This document shows positions 1 through 12,200 of a stretch of DNA of 64,000 nt, one piece after another. Positions within the stretch are counted from its first letter, which is position 1. Each line of letters starts with the position of its first letter. The notes under the pieces were generated by a model that saw only the letters and a program-made list of their open reading frames with translations, had not been told where the DNA came from and made no database searches. The DNA is taken from positions 372,001 through 436,000 of the forward strand of contig JAPDFW010000058.1 of assembly GCA_028826165.1 (NCBI GenBank). The letters run 5' to 3'. The position numbers were made by a program, and so were the translations under genes. The DNA is from Anaeramoeba ignava BMAN (lineage: Eukaryota > Protista > Anaeramoebae).

Positions 1-836
1 CTAATATTACTGCATTCATGGATATTTCACCATTTTGGAAAATCAAACAAATTCGAGAAAAATTAAAAGTTCAAAATTATCCATTTTGGAATAAACCTTT
101 ATTTTTTGGAAATTATCTTCTTGAAGATGAAAAAACAATTCTTGATTATGGACGCGAGGGTTTTATTGATGAAATTTATTCATATATGAATATTTTTATT
201 GAAATATCTCCAAAAAAAAGAATTGATATTGATATTGAATTTAATACAAATTTAACAATTAAAGATATCAAAGAATTATTTCAACAAAAAATGAAAGAAG
301 AATTAATAAATCAAAATTTCTTTATTAGTTTCAATAATCGAATACTTCAAGATAATCAAAAACTTAATGAATGTAGAATTGGAAATCATTCAGTTCTTTT
401 TTATCAAATTAAAATCAACATTCAAGCTTTAAATGGGAAAATACATGAATTATTTATTTCACCTTATTCAACAATTAATGAATTTTTAAATGAATTATAT
501 TTAAATGGAATTTCAGAAAAAAATCTTCATTTTAATGATAAATTAATTACAGATTTCCAAAAAGAACAGAAATTAATTGAATGTGGAATTGAAAATGATT
601 CAACTATTTCCTATTTAATTACAATCAAGATATTCCAATTAATTTATGAAAGTTATTTTACTATTGAATGTTTTGATAATGAAACTATTCAAAATTTAGA
701 ACAAAAAATCAAAAAAGAAAAACAAATTGAAAAAGAATTCAAATTAACATTCAATGGGAAAGAACTTGATAAAGAAAAGAAGATTAATGAATATCAAATC
801 AAGCATTTTTCAATTTTAAGATTAATTTTCCTTTGA
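1..836 (+). CDS. Multi-ubiquitin-like-domain protein, copy 1 (5' end cut off by window)
   Basis: Tandem Ubl folds (e.g. [12 protein letters not shown]...[23 protein letters not shown]; [12 protein letters not shown]...[23 protein letters not shown]). Near-identical to the 3' parts of copies 2 and 3. Confidence 0.85.
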   Translation, partial: NITAFMDISPFWKIKQIREKLKVQNYPFWNKPLFFGNYLLEDEKTILDYGREGFIDEIYSYMNIFIEISPKKRIDIDIEFNTNLTIKDIKELFQQKMKEELINQNFFISFNNRILQDNQKLNECRIGNHSVLFYQIKINIQALNGKIHELFISPYSTINEFLNELYLNGISEKNLHFNDKLITDFQKEQKLIECGIENDSTISYLITIKIFQLIYESYFTIECFDNETIQNLEQKIKKEKQIEKEFKLTFNGKELDKEKKINEYQIKHFSILRLIFL

Positions 837-932
837 TTCATTTCAATCATTTTTTTTTCAAAATTCATTTCAAAATTAAAAAATTCATTTTTCATTTTTC
901 ATTTTTCATTTTTTTTATTTTTAAAAAAGAAA

Positions 933-2540
933 ATGCAAATTTTTGTTAAAACTTTAACTGGAAAAACAATTACTATTGAAATTAATCCAACAGATACAAT
1001 AGAATATTTAAAAGAAAGAATTTATGATAAAGAAGGAATTCCAATTTGTGAGCAAAGATTAATTTTTGCAGGAAAAAACTTAAATGAAAATGAAAAAACT
1101 GTAAACGATTATAATATTGAAAAACAATCAACAATTCAGCTTGAAGTGAGTTTAGTAGGTCTAAGAAGAAGTTCAACATATATTAAAACATCTTATGGTC
1201 AATCTATTTCTGTTAGTAACGCATGTCCTCATTGTAATTCAGGTGGAACAATTAATAATTTAAAAGCAAAAATCGAAAAACAATATTCAATTCCTTTTGA
1301 AAATCAAAAATTATTTTATAATGGAAATCTTTTGGAAAATAATAAGAAATACATTGATTATGGAATGGGTTGTTCTGCTGAAGTTTATTTAGATTATGAT
1401 TTAAAAGACTTTTCATTTCCAATTTTTGTTAAATCTTCAAATAACAAAATTTTCAAAGTTTTATTATCAAGTTTTGAAAAAGTTGAAAAAGTTGAAAAAG
1501 TTCCAAATATTCAATTTAATAAATTAAAACAAATAATTGAATCAATAACAAAAATTCCTCAAAATGAACAAAAACTATTTTTCAAAGAAGTTGAATTGAA
1601 AGATGATAAATCACTTTCAGATTATGATATTTCCAAAGATTCAATAATAGATTTAAAAAATGAATTTAAAGATAAAGAAAGAATATTTCTATTATATGAT
1701 TCCGTTAATTATTTTCAACAACTATATATTTCACCATTTTGGAAAACCAAACAAATTCGAGAAAAATTTAAAAATAAAAATTTTTCATGTTGGAATAAAC
1801 CTTTATTTTTTGGAAATTATCTTCTTGAAGATGAAAAAACAATTCTTGATTATGGAAGTGAAGGTTTTATTGATGAAATTTATTCATATATGAATATTTT
1901 TATTGAAATATCTCCAAAAAAAAGAATTGATATTGAATTTGAATTTAATACAAATTTAACAATTAAAGATATCAAAGAATTATTTCAACAAAAAATGAAA
2001 GAAGAATTAATAAATCAAAATTTCTTTATTAGTTTCAATAATCGAATACTTCAAGATAATCAAAAACTTAATGAATGTAGAATTGGAAATCATTCAGTTC
2101 TTTTTTATCAAATTAAAATCAACATTCAAGCTTTAAATGGGAAAATACATGAATTATTTATTTCACCTTATTCAACAATTAATGAATTTTTAAATGAATT
2201 ATATTTAAAAGGAATTTCAGAAAAAAACCTTCATTTTAATGGTAAATTAATTAAAGATTTCCAAAAAGAACAGAAACTAATTGAATGTGGAATTGAAAAT
2301 GAATCAACTCTTTCCTATTGAATTAAGATAAAGATATTCCAATTAATTTATGAAATTGATTTTACTATTGAATGTTTTGATAATGAAACTATTCAAAATT
2401 TAGAACAAAAAATCAAAAAAGAAAAACAAATTGAAAAAGAATTCAAATTAACATTTAATGGGAAAGAACTTGATAAAGAAAAAAAGATTAATGAATATCA
2501 AATCAAACATTTTTCAATTTTAAGATTAATTTTCCTTTGA
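933..2540 (+). CDS. Multi-Ubl protein, copy 2 (about 7 Ubl units). In-frame TGA at 2319-2321 cuts off the last Ubl; the frame stays open to 2540.
   Basis: Starts [48 protein letters not shown] (ubiquitin-like) with no C-terminal GG. TCC TAT TGA ATT here corresponds to TCC TAT TTA ATT in copy 1. Confidence 0.85.
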
Positions 2541-2617
2541 TTCATTTCAATCATTTTTTTTTCAAAATTAAAAAATCCAAAAATCCATTTTTCATTTTTT
2601 AAATTTATTTTAAGAAA

Positions 2618-4379
2618 ATGCAAATTTTTGTTAAAACTTTAACTGGAAAAACAATTACTATTGAAATTAAACCAACAGATACAATAGAATTTTTAAAACA
2701 AATTATATTTGGAATTGAAAATTTACCAATTTGTGATCAAAGATTAATTTTTGGAGGAAAAAACTTAAATGAAAATGAAAAAACTTTAAAAGAATATAAT
2801 ATTGAAAAACAATCAACAATTCATATTGTTTTAAGATTAGCTCCTCCAAATAGTTCAACATATATTAAAACATCTTATGGTCAATCTATTTCTGTTTATA
2901 ATTCTTGTCCTCATTGTAATTCAGGTGGAACAATTAATAATTTAAAAGCAAAAATTGAAAAAAAATATTCAATTCCTTTTGAAAATCAAAAATTATTTTA
3001 TAATGGAAATCTTTTGGAAAATAATAAGAAATACATTGATTATGGAATGGGTTGTGCTGCTGAAGTTTATTTAGATTATGATTTAAAAGACTTTTCATTT
3101 CCAATTTTTATTAAATCTTCAAATAATAAATTTTTCAAAGTTTTTTTATCAAGTTTTGAAAATCCGCAAAATATTCAATTTAATCAATTAAAAAAAAGAA
3201 TTGAATCAATAACAGAAATTCCTCAACATGAACAGAAACTATTTTACAAAGAAGTTGATTTGAAAAATGATAAATCACTTTCAGATTATGGTATCTCTAA
3301 ATATTCATTAATATCTTTGAAAAATGAAGTTAACGAAGAACAAAAATTGAGTCTTCGGTTTTATGATTCTAATATTACTGCATTCATGGATATTTCACCA
3401 TTTTGGAAAATCAAACAAATTCGAGAAAAATTAAAAGTTCAAAATATCCATTTTGGAATAAATCTTTATTTTTTGGAAATTATATTCTTGAAGATAAAAA
3501 AACAATTCTTGATTATGGAATTGAAAATGATGAGACAATTTATTCATATATGAAGATTTTTATTGAAATATCTCCAAAAAAAAGAATTGATATTGATATT
3601 GAATTTAATACAAATTTAACAATTAAAGATATTAAAGAATTATTTCAACAAAAAATGAAAGAAGAATTAATAAATCAAAATTTCTTTATTAGTTTCAATA
3701 ATCAAATACTTCAAGATAATCAAAAACTTAATGAATGTAGAATTGGAAATCATTCAGTTCTTTTTTATCAAATCAAAATCACTATTATAACATTAGAAAA
3801 GAAGCTTGCTATATTATATATTTCACCTTATTTCACGATTAATGAATTTTTAAATGAATTATATTTAAAAGGAATTTCAGAAAAAAATTTCAAAAAGAAC
3901 AGAAATTAATTGAATGTGGAATTCAAAATAATACAATTCTTTATTATAAAATTAAAATCAATATTCGAGTTTTGGATGGGAAAATACATGAATTAATTGT
4001 TTCACCTTATTCAACCATTAATGAATTTTTAAATGAATTATATTTAAAAGGAATTTCAGAAAAAAATCTTCATTTTAATGGTAAATTAATTAAAGATTTT
4101 CAAAAAGAACAAAGATTAAATGAATGTGGAATTCAAAATAATACAATTCTTTATTATAAAATTAAAATCAAAATATTCCAATTAATTGATAAAAGTTATT
4201 TTACTATTGATTATGTTGATAATGAAACTATTCAAAATTTAGAACAAAAAATCAAAAAAGAAAAACAAATTGAAAAAGAATTTAAACTAATATTCAATGG
4301 AAAAGAACTTGATAAAGAAAAGAAGATTAATGAATATCAAATCAAACATTTTTCAATTTTAAATTTAGTTTTTCTCTAA
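2618..4379 (+). pseudogene. Multi-Ubl protein, copy 3 (about 8 Ubl units), broken by frameshifts near 3445 and 3888; pseudogene or assembly error
   Basis: Three ORF pieces collinear with copies 1 and 2. One T is missing at ~3445 (aaaatatcc vs aaaattatcc) and ~30 bp are missing at ~3888. One Ubl unit is internally duplicated. Confidence 0.7.
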
Positions 4380-4403
4380 TTTATTCTAATATGTATTTTT
4401 TTT

Positions 4404-5123
4404 TTAAAAATCAGATTCTTCAGAAATTGAATCATGATTTTCATTTTCATTTTCATTTTCATTTTCATTTTTTTGATCCCAATCTTTCATTTTAGCATCA
4501 AGTAAAAAATCATCTCTAAAAACTTCCCATTTTTGATTATTTTGAGGAGAATTTTCTTGAATATTTTTTTGATCTTGATTTTTTGAAACTTTAACATCTT
4601 GAGATTTCAACATTTCAAGAAATTTTCCTTTTGATAATTGTTTTGAATCTAAATCAGAATTTTCAGTTGGAATTGATTGTTGTTTTTGAATAGCATTGAA
4701 TAATCTAACAACACCAATAGTTGCTATTCTATTAAGTTTTCTATCATATTCATCATTTGTAGGAAGTTTATATTGTTTGTTTTTATTTTCTATTTGAGAA
4801 GCTTTAAAAAGTTTTTCTTCTCTTTTTTCTTTTTTTTGTTTTTCAATTTGATTTATTTTTTTTGAACTTGTTTTATTTTGTGATAATATTGGTTGATCCA
4901 CTTTTTTGATGTCCTCATTTAAAATCTGTAATATTTGCGTTTTAAATTGATTTGTTTTTTCTGTTGAATTTTGTTGTTTTTTTTTCTTGTTGAAATTTTT
5001 CTTTTTCTGTTTTTTTTTTCTTCTTTTTTGTTTTGCTTCTTTTATAATTTGTTTAATTTCATCAAATTCATTTTCTGTTTCAATTTCTTTTTCTTCTTCA
5101 ATTTCTTTATTTTTTTTATTCAT
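4404..5123 (-). CDS. RRP15: RRP15-like ribosome biogenesis protein
   Basis: Motifs DRKLNRIATIGVVRLFNAIQKQQ, LSKGKFLEMLK and WEVFRDDFL..AKMKDWD typical of Rrp15. Confidence 0.85.
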   Translation of the reverse strand: MNKKNKEIEEEKEIETENEFDEIKQIIKEAKQKRRKKKQKKKNFNKKKKQQNSTEKTNQFKTQILQILNEDIKKVDQPILSQNKTSSKKINQIEKQKKEKREEKLFKASQIENKNKQYKLPTNDEYDRKLNRIATIGVVRLFNAIQKQQSIPTENSDLDSKQLSKGKFLEMLKSQDVKVSKNQDQKNIQENSPQNNQKWEVFRDDFLLDAKMKDWDQKNENENENENENHDSISEESDF

Positions 5124-5489
5124 AATTTAATTTTAAAAAAAAGAAAAAAAATGAAAAAAATAATTTTAAAAAAAATAATAAATTTTTCAAAAAGAAATTT
5201 TTAATTGAGAAATGTGTTTAAAAAGAAATTCTCAATCAAATCTCAGGTTTTTGAATTTTAAAATTATTATCTCTTGCATTTGGCGACAGAGTTAGTAATT
5301 AATTGAATCAATTTTATATTTGATTTATAATTACTACCGCTTTAATAAATGCGAAAAGAAAAGTAAAAATTAAAAACTTTATTTTTTTTTTTTTTTTTTA
5401 ATTAACGAATAAATTTTTTTTTTTAATTAAAATTTTTTAACGAATTCCGCAAAAAAAAAACTTTAATAAATTTAATTAATTTTCCGCAA

Positions 5490-5520
<31 letters not shown>

Positions 5521-5549
5521 TTTTTTTGATTTGATTTTTGGAAAAGAAA

Positions 5550-6536
5550 ATGAACATAATTTGTCTTGAAGGTCCACATGGTTCAGGTAAATCAACTCTT
5601 GTTAAACAATTTCAAGAAAGTGGATTTGAAACTCTTGATGAAGGATTTCTTGATATGAAAGAATATTCTCTTCATCCTCAATCTTTAACAATGGAAGTTG
5701 CTTGGATTAGTTCTTGGTTTCAAAGTGTTTTGAAAATGGCTCATTCAATGAAAGATAATTTACAAGAAAAACCTTCTTTAGAAAAGATTTTTATTGCTGA
5801 TCGTTCTCCTTATTCTGCTGTTTATTGTAAAATCAAAATCAAAATCCGATATAAATATAAATATAAATATAAATATAAATATAAATATAAATATAAATAT
5901 AAATATAAATATAAATATAAATATAAATATAAATATTAATTAAAATCAAAATCAAAATCAAAATCAAAATCAAAATCAAAATCAAAATTAAAATTAAAAT
6001 TAAAATCAAAATCAAAATCAAAATCAAAATCAAAATTAAAATTAAAATAAAAATCAAAATCAAAATCAAAATCCAATATAAATATAAATATAAATATAAA
6101 TATTAATTAAAATCAAAATCAAAATCAAAATCAAATTTGAAAAATAGATGCTTCTTCAGGATATCTGTTAAAAGAATTGATTAAAACTCAAATTGCTGAA
6201 ATTCAAGAATTATCAAATGTAAACATTTTTACAGTTTATATCAAAGTTGAAAAAGAATTATTATGGAAAAGAATTCAAGAAAGATTAAAAGTAGAACCTG
6301 AAAGAATCAAATATAATGAAGGTTCAAGAGAATGGTTGGAAAAAACAGTTAATTTTTATGATAAATTTGAATGGGATTATGTTGTTGAGAATAATGAACA
6401 AACAATCAATGTTGTGAAAGGTGAAATCATCAAAACTCTTTCAGATCAAGTTGATTTCCAAGATTATCAAGAAACTATTTTTGATTCTTCATTCATTCGT
6501 TCTCCTTCTGAAAAAGATAACAAAATATTTGTTTGA
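5550..6536 (+). CDS. P-loop deoxynucleoside/thymidylate kinase-like protein; 2 exons (5550-5826, 6148-6536)
   Basis: IICLEGPHGSGKST Walker A, ADRSPYS motif, KRIQER lid. Splicing GT5827..AG6147 restores the frame (SAVY-YASSGYLLKEL). Confidence 0.8.
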
Positions 6537-6690
6537 AAAAGAAAAAGAAGAAAAAGGAAAAAAAAAATTTTTTTTATTCCACTTTTTTTATTCCACTTTT
6601 TTTTTTTGAATTATTGAATTTGAATTTGAATCAAAATTCTCAAATAATTTTAATGAATGAAGAAATCAAAAAAAAACAAATTTAATTTTT

Positions 6691-8295
6691 AAATATAAAT
6701 TCAAATCAAAAATAAATATTATTTTATTTAATTATTTATTAGCTATTTATTAAACTTTAAACATAAATTCTAATTCTATTTAATTATTTAAATTAAATTA
6801 TTTATAAATTATTTATTAATTATTATTTAAATTTTAAATATAAATTTAAATCAAAAATAAATATTATTTTATTTAATTATTTATTAATTATTTATTAAAC
6901 TTTAAACATTAATCCTTATTCTATTTAATTATTTAAATTAAATTATTTATAAATTATTTATTAATTATAATTTAAATTTTAAATATAAATTTAAATCAAA
7001 AATAAATATTATTTTATTTAATTATTTATTAATTATTTATTAAACTTTAAACATTAATTCTTATTTTATTTATTTATTTAAATTAAATTATTTATAAATT
7101 ATTTATTAATTATTATTTAATTTTTAAATATAAATTTAAATCAAAAATAAATATTATTTTATTTTATTATTTATTAATTATTTATTAAACTTTGAGCATA
7201 AATTCTTATTCTATTTAATTATTTAAATTAAATTATTTATAAATTATTTATTAATTATTATTTAAATTTTAAATATAAAAATGATCAAAAATAAATATTA
7301 TTTTATTTAATTATTTATTAATTATTTATTAAATTTTAAATATTAATTCTTATTCTATTTATTTGTTTAAATTAAATTATTTATAAATTATTTATTAATT
7401 ATAATTTAATTTTTAAATATAAATTTAAATCAAAAATAAATATTATTTTATTTAATTATTTATTAATTATTTATTAAACTTTGAACATAAATTCTAATTC
7501 TATTTAATTATTTAAATTAAATTATTTATAAATTATTTATTAATTATAATTTAAATTTTAAATATAAATTTAAATCAAAAATAAATATTATTTTATTTTA
7601 TTATTTATTAATTATTTATTAAACTTTAAACATTAATTCTTATTCTATTTATTTATTTAAATTAAATTATTTATTAATTATTTATTAATTATAATTTAAA
7701 TTTTAAATATAAATTTAAATCAAAAATAAATATTATTTTATTTTATTATTTATTAACTATTTATTAAACTTTGAACATAAATTCTTATTCTATTTAATTA
7801 TTTAAATTAAATTATTTATAAATTATTTATTAATTATTATTTAAATTTTAAATATAAATTTAAATCAAAAATAAATATTATTTTATTTTATTATTTATTA
7901 ATTATTTATTAAACTTTGAATATTAATTCTTATTCTATTTAATTATTTAAATTAAATTATTTATAAATTATTTATTAATTATTATTTAAATTTTAAATAT
8001 AAATTTAAATCAAAAATAAATATTATTTTATTTTATTATTTATTAATTATTTATTAAACTTTTAAATATTAATTCTTATTCTATTTAATTATTTAAATTA
8101 AATTATTTATAAATTATTTATTAATTATTATTTAAATTTTAAATATAAATTTAAATCAAAAATAAATATTATTTTATTTAATTATTTATTAATTATTTAT
8201 TAAACTTTGAACATAAATTCTTATTCTATTTATTTATTTAAATTAAATTATTTATAAATTATTTATTAATTATTATTTAAATTTTAAATATAAAA
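6691..8295. repeat. Minisatellite, ~145-bp unit, about 11 copies
   Basis: aaatataaatttaaatcaaaaataaatatt recurs at ~6691, 6836, 6981, 7126 ... 8142. Confidence 0.9.
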
Positions 8296-8805
8296 AATGA
8301 TCAAAAAAATGATCAAAAAAAAAAAAAAAATAGGAATAAAAAAAATGGAAAATAAATTCTCCTTTTTTTATTTATTTATTTAAAATATTATTTTTAAATC
8401 AAATTATAAATAAAATATTGAATACTTGAAATAATAAATCTCCTTTGTTTTAAATTTTTGTTTTTTAAAATTGGTTTTTAATTAAAAAATTAAAATTAAT
8501 TTAAATTGACAAGTGGACAAAAAAAGGTTTTATCTACTTAAGTGGATAATTTAATTTTGCTTTATAATTTTTACCTTTTTTGCTTTATTTTTTGATTTTA
8601 AAAAAAATGATCAATTCTTCATTTTATTCATTTTTATTTTTTTTTATTTTTTTTATTCTTTTTAAAAAATCTATTCAAAAAATTAAAAAAATTGAATATA
8701 AAATTTTTTAAAATACACAATTTTTAATATAAACAATTGATTTCTTTGTTCTTTCTTTATTTGATTTTTATTTTGATTTTTATTTTATAATTAAACAAAA
8801 AAAAA

Positions 8806-9072
8806 ATGACAGGAAAATTTAATCCAAATTTAAATTCATTAAAAATAATTCAACCAAAACAAAACATTAATTTTTTTGCACTTTTTAATCAAAATCAACA
8901 AGAACTTCCACCTTTTCAATTAGAAAATTATAATAAAGGAAAGATAATTGAAGAAAATGGTTTAACTCAAATTCAAACTTCAGATTCTGTTCCTGATTTT
9001 TTGGTTTATTATTCTTATGATATTGAATTAAAAAAAGATGAAGAAAAAATTCAAATTGAAAAAAAAATCTAA
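8806..9072 (+). CDS. Small hypothetical protein (88 aa)
   Basis: ATG after an A-run like other genes here, coding-like composition, no family recognised. Confidence 0.45.
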   Translation: MTGKFNPNLNSLKIIQPKQNINFFALFNQNQQELPPFQLENYNKGKIIEENGLTQIQTSDSVPDFLVYYSYDIELKKDEEKIQIEKKI

Positions 9073-9257
9073 ATCTAAAACTAAATTCAATAATTTTTTA
9101 ATTTTAAAATTAATTGGATTTAATAATTCCTTTATTTTTTTTTAAAATGTTTCCTCTTTTTTCTTTTTTCTTTTTCTTCTTTTTTTTATTAATTAAAAGC
9201 GAAAAATATTTTTTTTTCATTTTTTTTTTCATTTTTTTTTAAATTAATTTTATTAAA

Positions 9258-12200
9258 ATGTTTCCAAGATTTTCAACAACTCCTTCAAGATTTGGAAATT
9301 ATGATTTACTTCGTACTCCAAAAGTTAGTTTAAAAACACAAGGAAATGTAAATTAAATTTATTTTTAAAAAATTTTTAAAAATTAAAAGTGAATTTTATT
9401 TTTATATAACATTTTAAATTAGACGTTATTTAATTATTTAAATTAAACATAAATTCTAATTTAAAATTAATCATAGATTTCAATTCAATAATTAAAAATT
9501 AAAATTAAAATTAAAATTAAAATCAAAATCAAAATCAAAATCAAAATTAAAATTAAAATTAAAATTAAAATTAAAATTAAAATTCAAAAATTAATTTAAA
9601 AAGACAATAGAAGGACTTAATAAAGAAAACTTTGAACTAAAATTAAAAATATATTATTTAGAAGATGAACTCAAAAAATTTATACAAGATGATGAAGTTG
9701 ATGAATCTTATCCACAACAAATTGCAGAATTAAAAACAGAACTTGAAATGAAAACCAATGAATTAGAAGAAACAGATAATTTATTAAAAGAAGCAAGAGA
9801 AACAATATCAGATTTACAACAACAACTTCAAGAAACTCCAACAAAAAAACCAGCATTTCTTGATAAATTATCATTTAGTGGATTAAGAAAAAGCCAGTAA
9901 ATAAAATAATAATATTTTTTAATTAAATTATTTTAAATTAAATTGTTTAAATTAAATTGTTTTAATTAAATTGTTTTAATTAAATTGTTTTAAATTAAAT
10001 TATTTTAATTAAATTATTTTAAATTAAATTATTTAAATTAAATTATTTAAATTAAATTGTTTTAAATTAAATTGCTTTAAATTAAATTGTTTTAAATTAA
10101 ATTGTTTTAAATTAAATTGTTATAAATTAAATTATTTAAATTAAATTATTTAAATTAAATTATTTTAAATTAAATTATTTTAAATTAAATTGTTTAAATT
10201 AAATTGTTTTAAATTAAATTATTTAAATTAAATTGTTTTAAATTAAATTATTTAAATTAAATTATTTAAATTAAATTATTTATAAATTGTTTAAATTAAA
10301 TTATTTAAATTAAATTGTTTTAAATTAAATTATTTTAAATTAAATTATTTAAATTAAATTATTTATAAATTAAATTATTATAAATTAAATTATTTAAAAT
10401 TAAATTATTATAAATTAAATTGTTTTAAATTAAATTATTTTAAATTAAATTATTTTAAAATTAAATTGTTTTAAAATTAAATTGTTTAAAATTAAATTGT
10501 TTAAAATTAAAATTGATTTAAATTAAATTGTTTTAAATTAAATTATTTAAATTAAATTATTTAAATTAAATTGTTTTAAATTAAATTGTTTTAAATTAAA
10601 TTGTTTTAAATTAAATTATTTTAAATTAAAATTGTTTTAAATTAAATTGTTTTAAATTAAATTATTTTAAATTAAAATTATTTTAAATTAAATTGTTTTA
10701 AATTAAATTGTTTTAAATTAAATTATTTTAAATTAAATTATTTAAATTAAATTATTTATAAATTAAATTATTTTAAATTAAATTATTTTAAATTAAATTA
10801 TTATAAATTAAATTGTTTTAAATTAAATTATTTTAAATTAAATTATTTTAAATTAAATTGTTTTTAAATTAAATTGTTTTTAAATTAAATTGTTTAAATT
10901 AAATTGTTTTAAATTAAATTGTTTTAAATTAAATTGTTTTTAAATTAAATTGTTTAAATTAAATTGTTTTAAATTAAATTGTTTTAAATTAAATTATTTT
11001 AAATTATTTTTTTAAAAATTGTTTTAAATTAAATTGTTTTAAATTAAATTATTTTAAATTAAATTGTTTTAAATTAAATTGGTTTTAAATTAAATTGTTT
11101 TTAATTAAATTATTTTAAATTAAATTGTTTTAAATTAAATCGTTTTAATTAAATTGTTTTAATTAAATTATTTTAAATTAAATTATTTAAATTAAATTGT
11201 TTTAATTAAATTGTTTAAATTAAATTATTTTAAATTAAATTGTTTTAAATTAAATTGTTTTAAATTAAATTGTTTTAAATTAAATTGTTTTAAATTAAAT
11301 TATTTTAAATTAAATTATTTAAATTAAATTATTTAAAAATTGTTTTAAATTAAATTGTTTTAAATTAAATTGTTATAAATTAAAACAATTTAAATTAAAT
11401 TATTTAAATTAAATTATTTAAAAATTGTTTTAAATTAAATTGTTTTAAATTAAATTATTTTAAATTAAATTGTTATAAATTAAATTATTTTAAATTAAAT
11501 TGTTTTTAAATTAAATTGTTTTTAAATTAAATTGTTTTAAATTAAATTGTTTTAAATTAAATTGTTTTAAATTAAATTATTTTAAATTAAATTATTTATA
11601 AATTAAATTATTTTAAATTAAATTATTTTAAATTAAATTATTTATAAATTAAATTATTATAAATTAAATTATTTATAAATTAAATTGTTTTAAATTAAAT
11701 TGTTTTAAATTAAATTGTTTTAAATTAAATTATTTTAAATTAAATTGTTTTAAATTAAATTATTTTTAAATTAAATTGTTTTAAATTAAATTGTTTTAAA
11801 TTAAATTATTTTAAATTAAATTATTTAAATTAAATTGTTTTAAATTAAATTGTTTTTAAATTAAATTTTAAATTAAATTGTTTTAAATTAAATTGTTTTA
11901 AATTAAATTGTTTTAAATTAAATTGTTTTAAATTAAATTATTTTAAATTAAATTATTTTTAAATTAAATTGTTTTAAATTAAATTGTTTTAAATTAAATT
12001 ATTTTAAATTAAATTGTTTTTAAATTAAATTGTTTTAAATTAAATTATTTTAAATTAAATTATTTAAATTAAATTGTTTTTAAATTAAATTATTTTAAAT
12101 TAAATTATTTTAAATTAAATTGTTTTAAATTAAATTATTTTAAATTAAATTATTTTAAATTAAATTATTTTAAATTAAATTGTTTTAAATTGTTTTAAAT

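Noticed and set aside
6691-8295. 145-bp repeat as a second microexon array or a CRISPR-like array
   Set aside because: AG and GT are not conserved in every unit, no flanking coding exons were found, and there are no unique spacers or cas genes.
8505-8560. Short hairpin tatctact-ta-agtggata followed by an Sm-like aattttg
   Set aside because: Too short and AT-rich to support an snRNA call.
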